Origin: a bacterium
GTDB taxonomy: Bacteria; Zhuqueibacterota; Zhuqueibacteria; Oceanimicrobiales; Oceanimicrobiaceae
Direction of reading: 5' to 3'
DNA: 17,220 nt
NCBI GenBank assembly: GCA_046757525.1
Contig: JBHHYI010000091.1
Coordinates: 1-17,220 of the forward strand
Of the stretch, positions 1 to 8,033 are shown piece by piece; position 1 is the first letter of the stretch, and each line of letters begins with the position of its first letter. A program made the position numbers and the translations under genes. The notes under the pieces are model-generated. The model was not told the DNA's origin. It was given only the letters and a program-made list of their open reading frames with translations, and did not search any database.

Positions 1-2
1 TA

Positions 3-66
3 AGATTTCTCGTCAGGCCACGGCCTGACTCGAAATGACAAGGCGGTTAGGACTTTTGGACAGCTC
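3..66. repeat. REP-like palindromic unit with a MITE-like end (probably cut by the window edge)
   Basis: AGATTTCTC-GTCAGGCC-AC-GGCCTGAC-TCGAAATGACA hairpin, followed by GACTTTTGGACAGCTC. Confidence 0.55.
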
Positions 67-94
67 CACTCCGGAGGCACGTTGCTTAGAGTTC

Positions 95-191
95 CTGTGC
101 ACGCTCTGCGTGCTTTTATATGCAAGAAATCTGGCATCAGCCTGACGCAATCGCGACGATTGCGTTACGTAAAAAGAGCGTTTCTTTGAAG
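95..191 (+). repeat. Intergenic repeat module A, copy 1
   Basis: Hairpins GCACGC-TCT-GCGTGC (99-113) and ACGCAATCG-CGA-CGATTGCGT (145-165); related copies at 1481-1547 (inverted), 4839-4929 and 6241-6270. Confidence 0.85.
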
Positions 192-204
192 AAAGGATCA
201 ACAG

Positions 205-759
205 ATGCAGAATTTAATCAAGCAGCTTTTGTTGGAAATGGGCGAAGATCCGGAAAGAGAAGGGTTGCTCAATACGCCCAAACGAGTCGAAGAATCTCTC
301 CACTTCTTGACAAGCGGCTACAAGGCAGATGTGTGCAAAATCATAAACGATGCCCTTTTCAATGAGAAATACGACGAGATGGTCATCGTCAAAGACATCG
401 AAGTGTACAGCTTATGTGAGCACCACTTGTTGCCGTTTTACGGCAAGTGCCACATAGCCTATATGCCGAATGGCAAGATCATCGGGTTGAGCAAGATTCC
501 ACGCATCGTCGATGCCTATGCCAAAAGGCTACAGGTGCAAGAAAGGCTCACCAATCAAATCGCCGAGATTCTCATGGAATGTCTCAAGCCCCAGGGCGTA
601 GGCGTGGTCATCGAGGCACGCCATTTGTGTATGATGATGCGCGGGGTGCAAAAACAGAACACTGTGGTGAGCACAAGCTCCCTACTCGGTGTTTTTCGAG
701 ATAACCAAGCCACTCGGGACGAGTTTATGCATTTAATCAAAGCCCGAAGATTCGTTTAG
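205..759 (+). CDS. folE: GTP cyclohydrolase I (type 1)
   Basis: 184 aa; motifs [59 protein letters not shown]-like AAAGGA upstream. Confidence 0.98.
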   Translation: MQNLIKQLLLEMGEDPEREGLLNTPKRVEESLHFLTSGYKADVCKIINDALFNEKYDEMVIVKDIEVYSLCEHHLLPFYGKCHIAYMPNGKIIGLSKIPRIVDAYAKRLQVQERLTNQIAEILMECLKPQGVGVVIEARHLCMMMRGVQKQNTVVSTSSLLGVFRDNQATRDEFMHLIKARRFV

Positions 760-784
760 CATTCTAATTCAGGAGGGTTAAATC

Positions 785-1471
785 ATGGCCAAACTAACCT
801 ACCACAGTCACGCTACTTTTCTACTCGAATCCAACGGACACAAAATCCTGATCGACCCTTTCTTCACTGGCAATCCTCTGGCCACGGTTAAGCCGGAGGA
901 GATTTCCTGCAATTACATCTTGATCACCCACGGTCATGGAGACCACATTGGCGACTCCGTTGCCATTGCCAAAAGGAACCAGGCAACCATCATCGCAAAT
1001 TACGAAATCGCCAGTTGGTGTGGGGACCAGGGCTTGACCGTGCATCCCATGCATATTGGTGGGGCGCACGACTTTCCTTTTGGCCGCGTGAAACTCACCA
1101 TCGCCCATCATGGCTCCGGCTACCAGACAGACCAGGGCTTTCTTTACATGGGCAATCCAGCGGGAGCGCTGTTGACCGTTGAAGACAAGACCGTTTACCA
1201 CGCTGGCGACACGGCCCTCTTTTACGACATGAAGCTCATCGGCGAAATGAACCGTATCGAGGTCGCCCTGTTGCCCATCGGAGACAATTTCACCATGGGG
1301 ATCGACGATGCGGTGAAAGCCACGGAATTCCTGAATCCTAAATTGGTGATTCCCATGCACTACAAGACCTTCGAGGTTATCGACGTCGATCCGGCAGAAT
1401 TCGCGCAAAAAGTAGAAGCCAAAGGTTTTAAGTCCGAAGTACTCGAATTTGGCAGCGAACTGACCTTTTAA
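785..1471 (+). CDS. Metal-dependent hydrolase, metallo-beta-lactamase fold (UPF0173-like)
   Basis: 228 aa; ILIDPF, THGHGDH (HxHxDH), YHAGDT, LLPIGDNFTMG, IPMHY motifs; strong SD AGGAGG; 25 bp after folE. Confidence 0.93.
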   Translation: MAKLTYHSHATFLLESNGHKILIDPFFTGNPLATVKPEEISCNYILITHGHGDHIGDSVAIAKRNQATIIANYEIASWCGDQGLTVHPMHIGGAHDFPFGRVKLTIAHHGSGYQTDQGFLYMGNPAGALLTVEDKTVYHAGDTALFYDMKLIGEMNRIEVALLPIGDNFTMGIDDAVKATEFLNPKLVIPMHYKTFEVIDVDPAEFAQKVEAKGFKSEVLEFGSELTF

Positions 1472-1480
1472 CGGCCTTTT

Positions 1481-1547
1481 AAGAAACGCTCTGGTGTACG
1501 TAACGCAATCGTCTCGATTGCGCCAGGCAGATGCCTGATTTTTTACA
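1481..1547 (-). repeat. Intergenic repeat module A, inverted copy
   Basis: AAGAAACGCTCT..TACGTAACGCAATCGTCTCGATTGCGCCAGGCAGATGCCTGATTT aligns with the reverse complement of about 121-186. Confidence 0.85.
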
Positions 1548-1552
1548 CAACC

Positions 1553-1604
1553 AATTCTCCCTTTGAAGGGAGACAGATTTTCGCTGGTCCAGAGCGAAAA
1601 TCAG
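1553..1604 (+). repeat. Intergenic repeat module C
   Basis: 47/52 identical (manual count) to the reverse complement of 5317-5368; two hairpins, TCTCCCTT/AAGGGAGA and GATTTTCGCT/AGCGAAAATC. Confidence 0.88.
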
Positions 1605-1630
1605 CACAGCAAAATCCGGCAGCCGCCGGA

Positions 1631-1708
1631 TGGGTTGTTAAACGGTAACCTTCTCAAAGATGAGGTCCCGACCGCCTTTTGGTCGGGACGTATCGAAGGG
1701 CGACGGCC
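1631..1708 (-). repeat. Intergenic repeat module B, inverted copy
   Basis: Reverse complement of 4993-5071 apart from an 11-nt gap and two substitutions; the end GTATCGAAGGGCGACGGCC matches the reverse complement of about 17017-17035. Confidence 0.88.
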
Positions 1709-1733
1709 CGAATGAAACGCCGGTTTAGCTGAC

Positions 1734-3002
1734 ATGCAAAGAATCCTGTTTCTCATGCCGACTACCACTTACCGTGCCAGTGCGTTCCTGGCAGCGGCAG
1801 CGAAGCTAAGAATTGAAGCGGTGGTCGGAAGCGATCGGCGCCAGGCATTAGAAGCCCTGGCCCCGGGCAGGACGCTCACCGTTGATTTCCACAACTTGCA
1901 GGCAGCCAGACAGTCCATCATCGACTTCGCGCAAAAAGTTCCCATCCAGTCCATCATTCCTGTGGATGAAGACACCGCCGTGCTGGCTGCAGTGGCTGCC
2001 CAGGCGCTGAACTTGCCGCACAACAGCGTAGACTCGGCCCTGGCAAGCAAAGAAAAACATCGCCTGCGCGAAATCCTTTCTAAAACGGAATTGCTCTCCC
2101 CATCCTTTCAATTGATTGCTGTCGCAGAAAATCCGCGCGAATTTGCAGAAGCGCTGCCATATCCGTGCGTGGTCAAACCCGACTTTCTTTCCGCAAGCCG
2201 CGGAGTGATTCGCGTAGACGACGGGCAACAGTTTATCGAGGCGTTTGGCCGGATCAAAAAGATTTTGCTTGAACCTGAGGTCCAAAAAAAGGGCGGGGAG
2301 CTGGCTCAGCACGTCCTGGTCGAATCGTATATTCCTGGAAGAGAAGTCGCTCTGGAAGGCATTTTGACTGACGGCAGCCTCAAAGTGCTGGCGATCTTCG
2401 ACAAGCCGGATCCGCTGGTAGGCCCCTACTTTGAAGAAACCATTTACGTCACCCCTTCAAGATTGAGCCCGGAAGAGCAGGATAACGTGGCACGCACCGT
2501 TTCACAGGCAGCAGCCGCCGTGGGCATCCAACATGGCGCCGTGCATGCCGAACTTCGCCTAAATGCCCAAGGCGCCTGGATCATCGAAATCGCAGCCCGT
2601 TCCATCGGCGGACTTTGTTCGCGCGCCCTCAGATTTCGCCCGGATCTGACATTAGAAGAGGTGATTTTGAAACATGCCATTGGACTCAACATCAGCTCGA
2701 TCCAACGAGAAGAATCGGCCTCCGGCGTGATGATGATTCCAATGCCCGGGGCGGGTATTCTAAAAGAGGTGAGAAATATTGCAAGCGCCAGACAGGTAAA
2801 CGGCGTGGAAGATATCAGAATTACCGTTCCTCTTGGACAAACAGTTGTGCCCCTGCCAGAAGGCCATCGCTATCTCGGCTTCATCTTTGCCAAAAACGAA
2901 ACGCCTCAACTTGTCGAGGAAGCCATCAGCGAAGCACACCGCAAGCTGGAATTTGTGATTGCTGCCCAACCCGGCGAGTTGGCACTAAGGGAAGGAGAAT
3001 AG
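1734..3002 (+). CDS. ATP-grasp domain protein (L-amino-acid-ligase-like architecture), substrate unknown
   Basis: 422 aa; PCVVKP, SASRGVIRV, LVESYIPGREVALEG, HAELRL and IIEIAARSIGG ATP-grasp motifs, plus a C-terminal domain ending YLGFIFAK. Confidence 0.88.
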   Translation: MQRILFLMPTTTYRASAFLAAAAKLRIEAVVGSDRRQALEALAPGRTLTVDFHNLQAARQSIIDFAQKVPIQSIIPVDEDTAVLAAVAAQALNLPHNSVDSALASKEKHRLREILSKTELLSPSFQLIAVAENPREFAEALPYPCVVKPDFLSASRGVIRVDDGQQFIEAFGRIKKILLEPEVQKKGGELAQHVLVESYIPGREVALEGILTDGSLKVLAIFDKPDPLVGPYFEETIYVTPSRLSPEEQDNVARTVSQAAAAVGIQHGAVHAELRLNAQGAWIIEIAARSIGGLCSRALRFRPDLTLEEVILKHAIGLNISSIQREESASGVMMIPMPGAGILKEVRNIASARQVNGVEDIRITVPLGQTVVPLPEGHRYLGFIFAKNETPQLVEEAISEAHRKLEFVIAAQPGELALREGE

Positions 3003-3007
3003 GCCCC

Positions 3008-3598
3008 CTACTTCGACGGCTGGTAATAGGGGTTCTTCCCGTCCGCGTGTTCTGTTATATCCATCACGCCGCGGATCTCTGGAATCGCCTCCTTAATCAT
3101 GACTTCCACGCCTTGTTTGAGCGTTACATCCACCATGCCGCAGCCCTGGCACCCGCCGCCAAAACGCAGATAAGCCACGTCATCTTTGACAGCGACGAGC
3201 GCAACAAATCCGCCATGCGATGCCACAGCCGGGTTGATGCGGGAATCGATGATCTGCTGCAATTTTTCGGCCAGCGGACCGGTTGGGGTGGGCGGCGCCG
3301 TGGTGTTAGGATTGGTGATCTTAAAACCACTTTCGTTTAAACCGTGGACAAAATCTACGGTTGCCCCTTCCACCAGAGGAGCACTTTGGGGGTCCACATA
3401 GATCTTGAATCCGTCAAATTCGACCACATTGTCGGCCGGGTGCGCCTGGCCCGGTTCAACAAAGGCAAGGCCGTACTCCACGGAAAACGGCGACGCCCCT
3501 CTCTGTGCCATCACCCGAATTCCGTGTCCTGCTCTATTGTCCTCCTGCAAAACAGATTGCAGCTTTTTTTGGGCATTTTCGGTGACGATTATCTTCAT
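3008..3598 (-). CDS. nfuA: Fe-S cluster biogenesis protein NfuA-like (degenerate A-type carrier domain plus NifU C-terminal domain)
   Basis: 196 aa; Cys-less HesB-like N domain (IYVDPQSAPLVEGATVDF...GFKITNPN); INPAVASHGG, GGCQGC (CxxC), DITEHADGKNPYY; SD AGGAG. Confidence 0.92.
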   Translation of the reverse strand: MKIIVTENAQKKLQSVLQEDNRAGHGIRVMAQRGASPFSVEYGLAFVEPGQAHPADNVVEFDGFKIYVDPQSAPLVEGATVDFVHGLNESGFKITNPNTTAPPTPTGPLAEKLQQIIDSRINPAVASHGGFVALVAVKDDVAYLRFGGGCQGCGMVDVTLKQGVEVMIKEAIPEIRGVMDITEHADGKNPYYQPSK

Positions 3599-3714
3599 GA
3601 GTATCTCCTGCGGTTAAAAATATAGTAAAAAGATTTCCCGTTAGTAAGACTAAAATGGCACTGAATGTGTTCCACTCCGCCAAACTGCGCTCGCTCAAAC
3701 GCGCACCGCATCGA

Positions 3715-4725
3715 TTAGCCGCCGATCTGGTACATTTCTATTTTTTCCTGCTCCTCTGCGCTGGTGTGGAAAGCCCTTTCTTCAGAATAGCGATCCATTC
3801 TTTTGTGCCAGACAGCAGCGATGAGCTGCCGTAATTCCGGGTCCGAAGCTCCCGCCCGCAACGGGGTTTTAAGGTCAAATCCGCGGCTTGCAAAGAGACA
3901 GGTGTACAGTTTACCATCGGCAGAGAGTCGCATTCTGGTACAGTTGCCGCAAAAAGGCCGGGTTACCGACGCGATGACGCCGATTTCGCCTTTTCCATCT
4001 AAATAGCGATAGCGGTTTGCCACTTCGCTGGGGTGCTCTTTGGCCACGGGCTCCAGAGGCATTTCCGAGGCAATGAGGTCGACGATCTCCTGCGCTGAAA
4101 TAACGCGATCCATCCGCCAGCCGTTTAGATTTCCCACGTCCATGTACTCGATAAAGCGCAAGATGTGACCCTCATCTCTTGCGAACCTCGCTAACTCCAA
4201 AATGGCACGCTCATTGACGCCCTTTTGAATCACAGAATTGATCTTGATCGGATTAAATCCCACCGCTCTTGCTTCTTCGATTCCCTCTAACACAACACCA
4301 AGGTCCAGATGCTTGCCGGCCAGGGTTTTAAGCAACCGGGGGTCCAAGGTGTCAAGGCTCACGGTGAGTCTCCTGAGGCCAGCCTTTCTCAAGCTCCCGG
4401 CGTACTGTTTCAGAAGATAGCCGTTGGTCGTCAGTGCCAGGTCCCGGAGTCCCTCAATTTGTGCCAACATCCCAATCAGCACCTCGAGCTCGTGTCGCAG
4501 CAGCGGTTCACCGCCGGTTAAGCGAATTTTGGTCACGCCCAGGCCTACAAAAACTTTAGCCACGCGGTAAACCTCTTCAAAATTCAAAATTTGTCGGCGA
4601 CTGAGAAAGCTGTAATCGTGGCCAAAAATATCGGCAGGCATGCAGTAGTTGCAACGAAAATTACAACGGTCGGTAACCGAAATACGTAAATCTTTCAGGG
4701 GTCTGTTGAATTTATCTGACAACAT
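3715..4725 (-). CDS. moaA: GTP 3',8-cyclase MoaA (radical SAM, molybdenum cofactor biosynthesis)
   Basis: LRISVTDRCNFRCNYCMP, RLTGGEPLLR, RFIEYM, FCGNCTRMRLSADGKLYTCLF and C-terminal IGG. Start placed at ATG 4725 (MLSDKFNRP) by family resemblance; ATG 4749 is an alternative. Confidence 0.97.
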   Translation of the reverse strand: MLSDKFNRPLKDLRISVTDRCNFRCNYCMPADIFGHDYSFLSRRQILNFEEVYRVAKVFVGLGVTKIRLTGGEPLLRHELEVLIGMLAQIEGLRDLALTTNGYLLKQYAGSLRKAGLRRLTVSLDTLDPRLLKTLAGKHLDLGVVLEGIEEARAVGFNPIKINSVIQKGVNERAILELARFARDEGHILRFIEYMDVGNLNGWRMDRVISAQEIVDLIASEMPLEPVAKEHPSEVANRYRYLDGKGEIGVIASVTRPFCGNCTRMRLSADGKLYTCLFASRGFDLKTPLRAGASDPELRQLIAAVWHKRMDRYSEERAFHTSAEEQEKIEMYQIGG

Positions 4726-4838
4726 GCTTCGACTCGGCGATGATGGCATCTGTTAATTCTTGCGTTGAGGCGGCTCCGCCCCGCTGCCCAAGGATTGGTC
4801 CGTTTGGGTCACCCGGCGTATTGCCTTCACTAACAGCT

Positions 4839-4929
4839 CTGTACACGCTTTGCGTGCTTTTACACAAAAAAGAAATGCCCTCGCGCAAACGAGACGTTTG
4901 CGTTACGAAGAGCAGGCGTATCTTCGAAG
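4839..4929 (+). repeat. Intergenic repeat module A, copy 3
   Basis: CTGTACACGCTTTGCGTGCTTTTA...CGCAAACG-AGA-CGTTTGCGTTACG...GCGTATCTTCGAAG; direct homolog of 95-191. Confidence 0.8.
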
Positions 4930-4935
4930 CAATTT

Positions 4936-5090
4936 GCGAGTCATCCCGAGTAGGTCGCTGCTTCTCAAGCGACCGTATCGAGGGGTGACGGGCTTCGATA
5001 CGTCCCGGCCAAAAGGCGGTCGGGACCTCAAACGGTGACCTTCTTTGAGAAGGTTACCGTTTGACAACCCAACAAAAACTTGTTGCTTTA
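4936..5090 (+). repeat. Modules E, B and D (REP-doublet-like composite)
   Basis: GTCATCCCGAGTAG-hairpin-CGTATCGAGGG, then CTTCGATACG-hairpin, a 17-bp stem at 5028-5064, and CAACAAAAACTTGTTGCTTT; homologous to 16974-17073, 1631-1698 and 16905-16930. Confidence 0.85.
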
Positions 5091-5316
5091 AATGTCGCAA
5101 ACGCCAAAGGCAGCCCTGTCATGCTGGAAGCATCTTGTTGCAGGTCAGCACGGTGCTGCAGCGAGCCAACAGGATTCCTCCTGAATGACAACCGAGGGCT
5201 GCAGTAAAGGACAGCGACAACAGAGCGTTTCCTAAAAGCGTCCAGCGAAAAAACCAGGGGAATTTTTGGAGGCAGCCTGAAATCCCGAGTCATGGTTCAT
5301 CCGGGCAGACATCCCT

Positions 5317-5368
5317 CTGATTTTCGCTCTGGACGAGCCAAAATCTGTCTCACTTCAAAAAGAGAATT
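5317..5368 (-). repeat. Intergenic repeat module C, inverted copy
   Basis: Reverse complement of 1553-1604 with 5 mismatches. Confidence 0.88.
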
Positions 5369-5446
5369 ACCTAAGCAAAATTACAACAAATCTGTAAGAA
5401 AGTCAATGAAAGAAACCACCCGGTTTGAGGTTCCCACAAATCGCGC

Positions 5447-6160
5447 TCATGGATTGGTCGGTCTGACGTCGAACTCGCTCACCATAGCTCTTTGCGGCAG
5501 TTTTATGGCCTGTACTACGGTCTGAGCCACGTCATCGGGCTGCAAAATCTTTTCTCGTTTTGGCTTCGGCAACGAAGGGTGGTTAAAGAATCGCGTATCT
5601 ACTGAACCCGGGCACACCGCCAACACCCGCACCCCCGCATTTCTTTCTTCTAACATCAAACATTTTGAAAACGCCAGCACACCCCATTTTGTGGCGGCAT
5701 AGCCAGCGCCGCCAACAAAGGCATTCTTGCCGGCGAGCGAAGCGATGTTTACTACGAAACTCTCCGGTTTCTTTTTCAGATAAGGCAACGCCTCCCGCGT
5801 GCAAATAAACATACCACGGAGATTCACTTCAAACATGTCGTCCCAATCCAGGGTGGAAAATTCCTCGATGCGAGCAAAGCGGCCTAAACCGGCATTGTTG
5901 ACCAAAATGTCCAAGCTGGTGAATTTTTGCATGGCGCCTTCAATCATGCTCTTGATTTCGCTTTCCCGGGACAGATCTGCCGTAATTGGTAACGCCTTGC
6001 GCCCCAGATTGCCGATTTCTCTCGCCAAACTTTGCAAGTCCGACATGGTTCTCGAGGTGACCACAACACTTGCGCCTTCTCGGGCTAATGCCAGGGCAAT
6101 GGCGCGCCCGATTCCCTTACCAGCGCCGGTAATCAGGGCAACTTTGTTTTTCAATTCCAT
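5447..6160 (-). CDS. Short-chain dehydrogenase/reductase (classical SDR)
   Basis: 237 aa; TGAGKGIG, NNAG, catalytic S...YAATK, CPGSVDT; SD AAGGAG. Confidence 0.95.
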   Translation of the reverse strand: MELKNKVALITGAGKGIGRAIALALAREGASVVVTSRTMSDLQSLAREIGNLGRKALPITADLSRESEIKSMIEGAMQKFTSLDILVNNAGLGRFARIEEFSTLDWDDMFEVNLRGMFICTREALPYLKKKPESFVVNIASLAGKNAFVGGAGYAATKWGVLAFSKCLMLEERNAGVRVLAVCPGSVDTRFFNHPSLPKPKREKILQPDDVAQTVVQAIKLPQRAMVSEFDVRPTNP

Positions 6161-6240
6161 TGAATGCTCCTTAAGGTGAGTCTTGCGTGAACGTTAACTC
6201 CATGACAATTTGCGATGTGGACCTTCCTCAGACGATTCAA

Positions 6241-6270
6241 GCCCTGGCGCCAACGAGACCTTTGCGTTAC
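6241..6270 (+). repeat. Degenerate fragment of module A
   Basis: GCCCTGGCGCCAACGAGACCTTTGCGTTAC versus 4877-4906 GCCCTCGCGCAAACGAGACGTTTGCGTTAC: 27/30 identical. Confidence 0.75.
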
Positions 6271-6300
6271 AAGGCGTGCCTTTCCTGAGAACAGAGTTGT

Positions 6301-6636
6301 CTAATGGATCCCCGCGGTATTCGAATTCATATAGCTCAGCACGTACATGACGACAAAGAACACCACAACGATCACCAGGAAAGCAATGCCCACAACGATT
6401 CCGATCATCGAAAGGAGATCTTTTCCAGCGCTGCTTTCGGCCCGGTGTTGCCGCGGGAAAAACACCACGTCGTACAACAACTTGCCCGTAAAGATTACAA
6501 ACAAAACCATCCCCAGCGCAATCCTGCCGAATTCTACGGGCGTGGTCGTGGCATTTTTGAGCGGTAAAAACAGCCAAAAGACCAGCGCCCATTTCCCTAT
6601 TTCTCTGGCATAGCTGAGCACCTGCTTTGAATTCAT
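6301..6636 (-). CDS. Hypothetical membrane protein (about 3 TM helices)
   Basis: 111 aa with three hydrophobic segments (WALVFWLFLPL; IALGMVLFVIFTG; MIGIVVGIAFLVIVVVFFVVMYVL); co-oriented with neighbours; no family recognised. Confidence 0.7.
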   Translation of the reverse strand: MNSKQVLSYAREIGKWALVFWLFLPLKNATTTPVEFGRIALGMVLFVIFTGKLLYDVVFFPRQHRAESSAGKDLLSMIGIVVGIAFLVIVVVFFVVMYVLSYMNSNTAGIH

Positions 6637-6763
6637 GTTGGATGATACTAAACTTGTGGTTCAAAATCAACTTGAAACCATCCCAGGCAAGCGAGGCTCC
6701 ATTTCTTACGCAACCCAGATTGGGGATTCAGCCTCAGAAGCAAACAGATTGAATTAGAACAAA

Positions 6764-6967
6764 ATGACTGGCTTGATCATGGAAGAAAACGATCTGCGTC
6801 GTTGGCGCCGGTGTATCAGAGAAGCCGTCAAGCAGGTGCTGGCTAATCTCTCGACCGATCTAAAGGATCAAATGAAGGAGGCCAAAAACGCCGGCTCGCG
6901 GGTATCGGCTACAGCCAAAAAGCATTCTGGATGTGATGAATTTTCCACTCATGGCCATCCTTCGTGA
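6764..6967 (+). CDS. Possible small hypothetical protein
   Basis: 67 aa ORF fills part of the 6637-6908 gap and has amphipathic-helix-like composition (IREAVKQVLANLSTDLKDQMKEAK). It overlaps the yraN 3' end by 59 bp and has no clear SD. Confidence 0.25.
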   Translation: MTGLIMEENDLRRWRRCIREAVKQVLANLSTDLKDQMKEAKNAGSRVSATAKKHSGCDEFSTHGHPS

Positions 6968-7274
6968 TGGCCACCACGTCGAATCGACAGTCCATTTCTT
7001 CAATTTCCTTCTCTTGCAGGTAGTGCTGCGCCACCTGGCCGATTTGCCGCTGTTTTCGTTCATCAACCCAGCTCTCGGGAGAACCGAACCCTTTCTGTCG
7101 GGCCGTTTTCACCTCGACAAAAATGAGCGTGTTTTCTTTCTTGGCAACGATGTCGATTTCGCCTCTGGCCCAGCGATAGTTGCGGTCGATGATTTCGAAA
7201 GCATGTTGCTTCAAGTATCGCGTGGCCAGATTTTCCCCCAGGTTCCCGACCCTCCTATTGGCGTGTTTTGGCAT
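6909..7274 (-). CDS. yraN: YraN family protein (UPF0102, PD-(D/E)xK-like)
   Basis: 121 aa from ATG 7274: GNLGENLATRYL, RNYRWARGEIDIVA, LIFVEVKT, CRFDVVAI, HIQNAF; overlaps the rnhB 3' end, as is common for rnhB-yraN. Confidence 0.95.
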   Translation of the reverse strand: MPKHANRRVGNLGENLATRYLKQHAFEIIDRNYRWARGEIDIVAKKENTLIFVEVKTARQKGFGSPESWVDERKQRQIGQVAQHYLQEKEIEEMDCRFDVVAITKDGHEWKIHHIQNAFWL

Positions 7275-7935
7275 TCTTGTTTGGGGAGATTGAATTGGCG
7301 AACAATCGTTTAGGATGAAAAGACTTGCGGTGGATGGAAGAAAAGCCATATTTCTCGATGGCATCCAAATGGGCACGCGTGGGGTAGCCCTTATGGCGGG
7401 CAAAGCCATATTGTGGATACTGCTCATCGTATTGGCGCATGATTCTGTCACGCGTCACCTTCGCCAGGATCGAAGCAGCAGCGATTGAAAAACACTCTCT
7501 ATCCCCCTTGACCACCGTGGTGAATGGCACGCTGTCGTGCGGATAAGCACGACCATCAACCAGCAGATGGTCTGGTTTTAGCCTGAGTTGTTTGAGCGCC
7601 CGCTGCATGGCTAAGAATGAAGCCTGGTATATGTTGATGCGGTCAATCTCTTCCACCTCTGCCAGGCCCAGGCCGTACCCGAGGGTTTCATGAATGATGA
7701 TGTCAAACAGAAACTCGCGAATCTCAGCAGACAATTTCTTCGAGTCGTTGATCATCGGGATATAGGTGCCCTCGGCAAAAATCACGGCCGCTGCCACCAC
7801 CGGACCAGCTAAAGGGCCGCGACCCGATTCGTCCATTCCCGCCACGTAATGAAGCCCTTGTGCCCAAAGCCGGCGCTCAAAGGCCTGCATACTTTGAATC
7901 CTTTCAAATTCTTCTGTATTTAACTCGTTGCCCAT
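7255..7935 (-). CDS. rnhB: Ribonuclease HII
   Basis: 226 aa; GMDESGRGPLAGPVVAAAV, NDSKKLS, LLVDG, KGD...SIAAASILAKVTRD, HKGYPT, IHRKSF. Confidence 0.97.
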   Translation of the reverse strand: MGNELNTEEFERIQSMQAFERRLWAQGLHYVAGMDESGRGPLAGPVVAAAVIFAEGTYIPMINDSKKLSAEIREFLFDIIIHETLGYGLGLAEVEEIDRINIYQASFLAMQRALKQLRLKPDHLLVDGRAYPHDSVPFTTVVKGDRECFSIAAASILAKVTRDRIMRQYDEQYPQYGFARHKGYPTRAHLDAIEKYGFSSIHRKSFHPKRLFANSISPNKNAKTRQ

Positions 7936-8033
7936 CGTGTCAAAAATCCATTTTTTGTTTTACAAGCATCTGGCCAGGTCCGCCTCGAACCCTCGAAAGT
8001 CAGACCAGTTGCTTGCAGCGTGGTCACTCGGCC

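Noticed and set aside
95..204. Pterin/folate riboswitch shared by folE and moaA
   Set aside because: Module A is sense to folE but antisense to moaA, and also occurs downstream of the hydrolase and near the SDR gene, so it behaves as a dispersed repeat.
2615..3340. 241-aa plus-strand ORF, and other long shadow ORFs (821-1408, 7860-8510, 15416-16060)
   Set aside because: They overlap well-supported genes in alternative or antisense frames and show no recognisable motifs.
3300..3598. NfuA N-terminal domain lacking cysteines as a sign of a pseudogene
   Set aside because: A degenerate A-type carrier domain is normal for NfuA, and the C-terminal CxxC is intact.
4750..4930. Moco riboswitch upstream of moaA
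   Set aside because: No recognisable Moco RNA consensus on the minus strand; most of the structure belongs to dispersed module A.
4839..5368. CRISPR array
   Set aside because: No regularly spaced identical direct repeats with unique spacers, and no cas genes.
4740..5525. Short ORFs in the moaA-SDR spacer (4740-4988, 4850-5038, 4903-5100, 5054-5293, 5292-5525)
   Set aside because: They run through palindromic repeats, lack an SD and have no protein-like features.
7275..7451. 59-aa N-terminal extension of the YraN ORF
   Set aside because: It lies wholly inside rnhB in another frame; family similarity begins at ATG 7274.
7963..8015. Imperfect hairpin between the MlaC-like gene and rnhB as an intrinsic terminator
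   Set aside because: CAAGCA..CTGG/CCAG..TGCTTG pairing exists, but the loop is large and no U-tract follows on the minus strand.
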